A stretch of 64,000 nt of DNA from a virus. The translations under genes were made by a program, and so were the position numbers. Below the pieces are notes generated by a model. It was given only the letters and a program-made list of their open reading frames with translations. It was not told the origin of the DNA and searched no databases. Positions 58,351 to 64,000 of the stretch are shown piece by piece (the first letter of the stretch is position 1; each line of letters opens with the position of its first letter). The DNA lies in the IMG/VR virus record IMGVR_UViG_3300035099_000181, positions 1 to 64,000 of that record. One strand, given 5' to 3'.

Positions 58351-58947
58351 ATGACGAGTGTGTTTGATAAGGTAGTGAATCAACTAAAGCAAGATGGAGG
58401 AAGCGTGGCAGAACTTGATTACAGCAAGGATGTTTCGATTGATCCGGACCGTCTTGATCTCGAATGGTTGCATCAGGCTGATCTGACGCTCAAGTACGGG
58501 GAGGAGGTCGCGGAGGCCCAGAGCCGTGTGGACTGGGAAAAGGAGTCGGCGGATGTGGAAGAGGCCAATGCCTCGGTCAGGGTGCGGGATTTTTATCTTT
58601 CAGAAGGGCTGAAGTTGCCGACTGTGGATCAGCTTAGGGCTGAGATCTTGCTCGATGGGCAATTCAAGGGGAGGCGCGAGGAATTGCTCCGTGCGAAGCA
58701 CAGTCTTGGGTTGGTCAAGGCCGCATACGAGGCGATTTTGATGCGCAAGCCTGCGTTGGAGAATCTTGTCAGGTTGCTTATCCAGGGCTACATCGCGGGA
58801 CCGAAGGAGCCTTACGATCTATCTGACGGGATAGGCATGAAGCAGGCTTCCATAGAGTCAGGAAAGGAGAAGGCGAGGCAGGTGGCGAGGGAGGCAGGTA
58901 TGGTAGCGCGACGGGCCCTAAAAAAGGAAGGCGGAGAGGTGAGATGA
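58351..58947 (+). CDS. UvsY-like recombination mediator (putative)
   Basis: Helical; SIDPDRLDLEWLHQ..RKPALENLVRL; upstream of SSB and RecA. Confidence 0.5.
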   Translation: MTSVFDKVVNQLKQDGGSVAELDYSKDVSIDPDRLDLEWLHQADLTLKYGEEVAEAQSRVDWEKESADVEEANASVRVRDFYLSEGLKLPTVDQLRAEILLDGQFKGRREELLRAKHSLGLVKAAYEAILMRKPALENLVRLLIQGYIAGPKEPYDLSDGIGMKQASIESGKEKARQVAREAGMVARRALKKEGGEVR

Positions 58948-59177
58948 AGATTGGCATAAGCATGGGCAGAACTATCAATACGGGGAATTATGAGAGTGCC
59001 CGTATCGACGTGACAATGGAGCAGGACATAGATGACGACATTCAGTTACGCGAATCGGCTTGGTCGGACTTGAGAACGGAATGCAAAAACAGGCTGGCAG
59101 ATGAAGTTAAAAGGATAGACAGCAATCCAAAATGGCCAATGGAGGAAAAAGATGGCAACACCAGCAAGAGGAAGTAG
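58944..59177 (+). CDS. Hypothetical protein
   Basis: RTINTGNYESARIDV motif. Confidence 0.65.
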   Translation: MKIGISMGRTINTGNYESARIDVTMEQDIDDDIQLRESAWSDLRTECKNRLADEVKRIDSNPKWPMEEKDGNTSKRK

Positions 59178-60369
59178 ACAAGACCCTGTGGCGGAACGCA
59201 GGGCGGCGGCGTCGGCAAGAGCAAGGAAGAGGGCTGCTGAGAAGCAGTCTGAGCGGAGGGGCAGGTCTTGTGTTTCCTATAGTGGGAAATTCTTCGAGAA
59301 GAAGGCTGGGGTGAATACACTAATTACTGTCTTGCCTTACGTTGTTAAGGAAAGGCATCACCCGGACAAGATAGAGCCGGGAGAGCTTTGGTACAAGCGC
59401 CCATACCTGAAGCATGGGTGGATAGGGATGGACAAGGATAACGGGCTGGATTTTGTGTGTCCAAAATCGTTCGGGAAGGCATCTTCGTGCATCATATGTG
59501 ACGATGTATCAGCGATGCGCAAAGATTATGAGAGGAACAAGGACTCGATAAAGGCCTTGCGGGCGACCGACCGGGAAATCTATCTTTTTTATCTTCATGA
59601 TGCTGGGGAGGTTCGCCTTTACGAAGACTCCTACGGCGCATTTGGTGACGTTTTGGATGCTCGCTTGCGCAACCCTCGGCAGGGAGACATCTGGGCGGCT
59701 TTCTACCTCCCCAGGGGGGACGGATTTGTTCTGGATGTGAATTGGGAGGAGAAGGATATCGGTCAGAAGAACCCATGGGTTAAGGCTGTAAGTATGGATT
59801 TCTTGGAATGCAAGGAATACCCGGTGCCGGATAAAGTATGGGATATGCAATTTGAGCTGAGTCAGTTTTTGGTGAAGTCGTCGGACAAGGACATCGAGAA
59901 GGCATATCTGGGAAGCGCCGAGGGCGAGGACCAGCCAGAGGAGGAGACCGAGCCGGATCTAGAATCAGAATCGCAGAAAACGTCTTCTGCTGGCTGGATT
60001 GGCAGAACAACGGAAGCCAAAAAGGAGACCGAGGAAGCTGGCCCCGAGCTGATCGAGGACAAGGATGAGCTTTTGGCCTATGCCAAGGACAGGGGGCTGA
60101 AGGATGAGGGCGGGAAGCTGATCTATCGCTATTATGCGCGTAAGGATGTTAGTGAGATCAAGACTGCCGTGCTGAAGGCAGAGGGCAAAGTCATGGGCGG
60201 GAAGGGCAAAGCCAGAAAAACCCCCTCTGGTGAATGTCCGTTCAAGCACAAGTTCGGCTTTGACTTTGGGGAATCGGAGGATTGCTTCGGCGATGGTGGC
60301 TGTCCGGAGGATGTCTATAGTGCTTGCATGAAGGCATATGACGGGATCAAGGGAAGGGAGGATGTTTAG
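59152..60369 (+). CDS. ssDNA-binding protein (T4 gp32-like, putative)
   Basis: H..CPKSFG..CIICD Zn motif, acidic region, recombination gene context. Confidence 0.6.
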   Translation: MATPARGSRQDPVAERRAAASARARKRAAEKQSERRGRSCVSYSGKFFEKKAGVNTLITVLPYVVKERHHPDKIEPGELWYKRPYLKHGWIGMDKDNGLDFVCPKSFGKASSCIICDDVSAMRKDYERNKDSIKALRATDREIYLFYLHDAGEVRLYEDSYGAFGDVLDARLRNPRQGDIWAAFYLPRGDGFVLDVNWEEKDIGQKNPWVKAVSMDFLECKEYPVPDKVWDMQFELSQFLVKSSDKDIEKAYLGSAEGEDQPEEETEPDLESESQKTSSAGWIGRTTEAKKETEEAGPELIEDKDELLAYAKDRGLKDEGGKLIYRYYARKDVSEIKTAVLKAEGKVMGGKGKARKTPSGECPFKHKFGFDFGESEDCFGDGGCPEDVYSACMKAYDGIKGREDV

Positions 60370-61470
60370 ATGAAAAGGGGGCGTACATCTAACGAACTGG
60401 CGGAGCAGGTCCAGGAGCGCCACGAGTCTGGGGAAGGCTTAGTCAGTATGAGGGAGACTCCTCCCCGATTGTATCTGAACACAGGGTGCACGCTCCTAAA
60501 CTTGGCATTGACAGATAGGGCGGACGGGGGCTGGCCTTGCGGGAGGATAGTCAATCCGATAGGGGATAGTGACACATGCAAGACCGTCCTTGGCCTGACC
60601 GCATTGGCGGAGGCTTGCAGGGACAGCAGGTTTGATTCCCATTCATTGGAATACAACGATGTCGAGGCTTCCCTTTCATTCGATTTGGAGAGGATGTTCG
60701 GGAAGTCTTTCTGTGACAGGGTTTGCATACGTTCGCCTCTGGCAGAAGAGGACAAAAGCAAGGCTCCAGAAACTGTTCAGGAGCTGCATTATCAGCTTCT
60801 GGATTATTTGGATGGGGAAGCGCCTTTCGTGACTGTTGTTGACTCGTTGGATGGCTTGTCTTCAAAGGAGGAGCTGGAGAAAACGGAAGAGGAGCGCGAG
60901 GCCTGGAAGAAAAGCAAGGATACGACCGGAACTATGGCTATGTCCAAGCAGAAGTATTTCAAGCGTATGCTTCGGGAGCTGAAGGGAAAGGTAGCGAAGA
61001 CTGATTCCCTTATCATGGTTGTGAGTCAGACAATAGACAATGTTGGCGCGGTGTTTGGGCCGAAGAAATCAAGAGCAGGAGGTAATGCGCTGAAGTTTTT
61101 CTCTTCGCATGAGTTGTGGCTCTCCGTTATGGAAAGTGAGAAGGCGAAGGGCCGGGTCATAGGGCGGAAGATACGGTGCAAGGTCAGTAAAAATCAGATA
61201 ACTGGCAAGAAGCGGGAGATTGCTTTCTGGGCGTTTGACAACTTTGGGATAGACGATATTCGGACTAGCATCGAGTTCTTGCTGGCCGAGAAGGTATGGG
61301 CGAGGGTTGGCGGATGGATAAATGCTGGGGAGTTTGGCAAGTTGCAGGTAGGTGAACTGGTCAGGAAGATAGAGGAGGGTCTTGTCGGGAAGCTGAATGA
61401 GGTTGTTCAGGGTACATGGGATGACATTGAGGCGAGCCTGGAGTTGGGCAGGAAGCCGAGGTATGAATGA
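60370..61470 (+). CDS. recA: RecA/UvsX-like recombinase
   Basis: TGCTLLNLAL..GGWPCGRI..GDSDTCKT, VVDSLD, AGGNALKFFSS, KVSKN. Confidence 0.9.
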   Translation: MKRGRTSNELAEQVQERHESGEGLVSMRETPPRLYLNTGCTLLNLALTDRADGGWPCGRIVNPIGDSDTCKTVLGLTALAEACRDSRFDSHSLEYNDVEASLSFDLERMFGKSFCDRVCIRSPLAEEDKSKAPETVQELHYQLLDYLDGEAPFVTVVDSLDGLSSKEELEKTEEEREAWKKSKDTTGTMAMSKQKYFKRMLRELKGKVAKTDSLIMVVSQTIDNVGAVFGPKKSRAGGNALKFFSSHELWLSVMESEKAKGRVIGRKIRCKVSKNQITGKKREIAFWAFDNFGIDDIRTSIEFLLAEKVWARVGGWINAGEFGKLQVGELVRKIEEGLVGKLNEVVQGTWDDIEASLELGRKPRYE

Positions 61471-61486
61471 TTTGGTAGGAGGGATT

Positions 61487-62035
61487 ATGTCAAGAAAGAA
61501 GATGCACGAGGAGCCGAAAAGGGTTTACGCATGGAGGGACGGTAGTGGGAAGCGGTTTGGGAAGTTTGATGCCCAACCTGCGGGCGAGGAAGTGGAGAAG
61601 CTTCAGAAGTTACATGGGCATGAACTTGAGCCTGCGGACGTTGTGGAGGCGGCAGCAGATGAGAAGAATGTTCTGCATGACTTATTCGAGTGGGACAATC
61701 TGAAGGCCGGACACGAATGGAGGCTGCAGCAGGCGCGTTTCCTTTTGCAGTCCCTCAAGGTGACGATCACTCATTATGATGGGAAGACGATCACGTTGGA
61801 TCGGGCGACGGCGGTGCTTCCCGCCAAGAATGGTTCAGGCGGGAAAAAATATGTCATGATGGAACGGGCGATGCGGGATGCGGACAGCAGGAACTATCTG
61901 CTCCGGGTGGCGTTGCTTGAGGCCATCGCGTTCAGGAACAAGTACAAGGAGCTGTCGGAACTGACGAAGATCTTTGTCGAGATTGACCTGGCATACAAGG
62001 AGCATGCCGGGGAACTGAAGCAGTGCGTCATGTGA
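61487..62035 (+). CDS. Conserved-type phage protein linked to the AGC-NN arrays (candidate accessory factor)
   Basis: GGAGG RBS; DAQPAGEE..VVEAA..LHDLFEWD..AG..WRLQQAR; stop codon lies a few nt before array 1. Confidence 0.7.
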   Translation: MSRKKMHEEPKRVYAWRDGSGKRFGKFDAQPAGEEVEKLQKLHGHELEPADVVEAAADEKNVLHDLFEWDNLKAGHEWRLQQARFLLQSLKVTITHYDGKTITLDRATAVLPAKNGSGGKKYVMMERAMRDADSRNYLLRVALLEAIAFRNKYKELSELTKIFVEIDLAYKEHAGELKQCVM

Positions 62036-62039
62036 TTCT

Positions 62040-62707
62040 GGCATGGCAGAGCGGAGTAGGGATAGGTTGAGTAAAGCAAAGCAAGGCAGGCGGAGCGAAG
62101 CAGAGCATAGCAAAGCCAAACAAAGCAAGGCAGGCGAAGCGGAGCACAGCGGAGCAAAGCAGAGCCGAGCAAAGCAAAGCAAGGCAGGCTAAGCGAAGCA
62201 GAGCCCAGCACAGCCCAGCAAAGCCCAGCAGAGCCTAGCAAAGCAAGGCAGGCGGAGCATAGCCTAGCTTAGCCGAGCAGAGCCAAGCACAGCTAAATAA
62301 AGCAATGCAGGCAGAGCTTAGCTTAGCGTAGCCCAGCCAAGCACAGCCAAGCAAAGCAAGGCAGGCTAAGCTTAGCATAGCTTAGCAAAGCTAAGCAAAG
62401 CAAGGCAGGCCAAGCGGAGCCGAGCACAGCATAGCTTAGCAAAGCCAAGCAAAGCAAGGCAGGCCAAGCGGAGCCGAGCACAGCAGAGCTGAGCTGAGCC
62501 AAGCAAAGCAAGGCAGGCAAAGCATAGCGCAGCGCAGCTTAGCAGAGCGTAGCGAAACAAAGCAAAGCAGGCCAAGCGTAGCATAGCAAAGCAAAGCGTA
62601 GCTGAGCCAAGCTGAGCGAAGCAAAGCAAGGCAGGCTAAGCAAAGCGTAGCTCAGCCAAGCGTAGCCTAGCAAAGCTCAGCTAAGCAAAGCAAGCAAAGC
62701 AAGGCAG
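62040..62707 (+). repeat. Array 1: 12 units of (NN-AGC)n closed by AAAGCAAGGCAGGC; candidate guide-RNA array
   Basis: Strict 5-nt period with constant AGC and variable dinucleotide; delimiter recurs about every 45-65 bp. Confidence 0.9.
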
Positions 62708-62708
62708 A

Positions 62709-62736
62709 AGGCGATTGGCAGTCGCCTATCGCCAAT
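62709..62736 (+). other. Hairpin(s) closing array 1
   Basis: AGGCGA/TCGCCT, with alternative pairings GGCGAT/ATCGCC and ATTGGC/GCCAAT. Confidence 0.5.
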
Positions 62737-62773
62737 GGGTTTCATTTAACAGGAATCAAGAAGGAGAAATGTC

Positions 62774-63493
62774 ATGGCAAGGAAGGCAGTGTCAGAAGCT
62801 AACGTGGCAATTACTATTAGTTCCCCCAAGTTTGACATCTTCAAATGTTCGATAATTGGGAGTTCTCCATTCGTGTCGAATAAGTTTTCCGAGAAGGCAC
62901 GGATTATGATGGAGGAGGCCCAGATGCAGGGGCAGGCAGCCAAGACGACGAGGAAGAGGGAACCGAAGGATTTCGAGTCTCTTTACCTCGGGTCTATGCA
63001 TCTTGCGGATTCCGGTGATTGGTATGGCATTCCGTGCTCGGCCTTTAGGAGCGCCATGATCAAGGCATGTAGCATTGTTGGTGTGCATATGACAAAGGCT
63101 AAGATGTGCGTCTTTGTTGAGCCTGATGGGTTTAGCAGGGAAGGAACGGCGTTGGTCAGGATAACGAAGGGGGAACCTAAGATGTTCAAGGCGGCGGTAA
63201 TATTGGCGTCTGGAGTTCCCGATATTTCCGCGCGTGGAATGTGGATGCCTGGATGGGAAGCGGAGCTGCGGATACGGTACGACTCGGATATCTTCTCTCC
63301 GGAGACCGTGGCTAACCTTCTGATGAGGGCTGGATTGCAGGTGGGAGTTGGTGCCGGTCGCCATGCTTCCGAAAGGTCGTCCGGGCAAGGGTGGGGGGAG
63401 TTCATGTTGAAGACGGATTCTCAGGATATGGGCAGGGAAGAGGGACTTGAGGCAAACCCTGTTCCAAAAAGGAGATTGAGACAGGCAGCATAG
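62774..63493 (+). CDS. RAMP/Cas7-like RNA-binding protein
   Basis: IIGSSPF first strand, YGIPCSAFRSAM (compare Csm3/Cmr4 PxIPGSSxKG), C-terminal Gly-rich loop AGLQVGVGAGR...GQGWGEF. Confidence 0.7.
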   Translation: MARKAVSEANVAITISSPKFDIFKCSIIGSSPFVSNKFSEKARIMMEEAQMQGQAAKTTRKREPKDFESLYLGSMHLADSGDWYGIPCSAFRSAMIKACSIVGVHMTKAKMCVFVEPDGFSREGTALVRITKGEPKMFKAAVILASGVPDISARGMWMPGWEAELRIRYDSDIFSPETVANLLMRAGLQVGVGAGRHASERSSGQGWGEFMLKTDSQDMGREEGLEANPVPKRRLRQAA

Positions 63494-63523
63494 GGACGCG
63501 GCGATGGCATATTCGTTTTGATT

Positions 63524-64000
63524 AAGGCAGGGTTGGCTGAGCACAGTCCGGCTCAGCTAATCCGAACAAAGCAAAGCAGGCCAAGCCCAGCATAGCCCAG
63601 CAAAGCTAAGCCGAGCTAAGCTGAGCCCAGCAAAGCAAGGCAGGCGAAGCAGAGCATAGCATAGCCAAGCAAAGCAAAGCAAAGCCCAGCTAAACAAAGC
63701 AAGGCAGGCGAAGCATAGCGTAGCAAAGCAAAGCAAAGCCCAGCTAAACAAAGCAAGGCAGGCGAAGCGTAGCTCAGCAAAGCATAGTGCAGCACAGCGG
63801 AGCCAAGCATAGTAAAGCAAAGCAAGGCAGGCTAAGCTAAGCATAGCACAGCAGAGCGTAGCAAGGAAAAGCAAGGCAGGCGTAGCTGAGCCCAGCGGAG
63901 CATAGCGGAGCAAAGCGGAGCAGAGCAAGGCAGGCGGAGCAGAGCGGAGCAAAGCGCAGCAGAGCAAAGCCCAGCATAGCGGAGCAGAGCTAAACAAAGC
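63524..64000 (+). repeat. Array 2: at least 8 units of (NN-AGC)n with the same delimiter, truncated by the window end
   Basis: Same grammar as array 1 with different dinucleotide strings. Confidence 0.9.

Noticed and set aside
61835-63997. Minus-strand ORFs rich in L/C/A/S/F (for example 61894-62241, 62372-62629, 63557-63997)
   Set aside because: They are translations of the pentamer arrays, open in several frames only because the repeat rarely forms stop codons; there is no RBS and they oppose the genome-wide strand.
62040-64000. Canonical CRISPR array or simple microsatellite
   Set aside because: There is no 25-40 bp repeat with contiguous unique spacers and no cas1/cas2 in the window. 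Position-specific variation and regular delimiters argue against a slippage microsatellite.
1-64000. Self-targets of the array NN strings (partial gapped matches near 1-18 and near 60200)
   Set aside because: Only 4-6 dinucleotides match, with mismatches, which is compatible with chance. An exhaustive search could not be done by eye.

Overview
This window is about 64 kb of a tailed dsDNA phage genome (long non-contractile tail type). Essentially all credible genes are on the + strand. Gene order: tandem repeats, terminase large subunit, a divergent sigma-70-like protein, portal, a head-module topoisomerase IB core with small partner ORFs, MuF, protease/scaffold, major capsid and paired decoration genes, a membrane/secreted insert including an O-antigen ligase-like gene, neck and tail genes (duplicated terminator and tube genes, -1 frameshift chaperone, tape measure, tip proteins, two GNATs), holin, a repeat-punctuated early region, and a replication module (SNF2 helicase with intein, methyltransferase, primase, initiator, loader, DnaB, DnaE-UDG fusion, clamp, clamp loader, SSB, RecA). 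The top candidate system is at the right end: a RAMP/Cas7-like gene (62774-63493) flanked by two non-coding arrays built from constant AGC triplets alternating with variable dinucleotides and cut into about 20 units by an AAAGCAAGGCAGGC delimiter. This looks like a guide-RNA array with a non-contiguous code. Other notable observations: an in-frame UGA with a SECIS-like hairpin in DnaB, an out-of-frame endonuclease nested inside an intein, a late-promoter motif paired with the sigma-like gene, a pervasive S-G-x-T motif in virion proteins, and a hairpin whose loop is inverted between two copies. All family assignments come from motif recognition by eye; no database searches were run.
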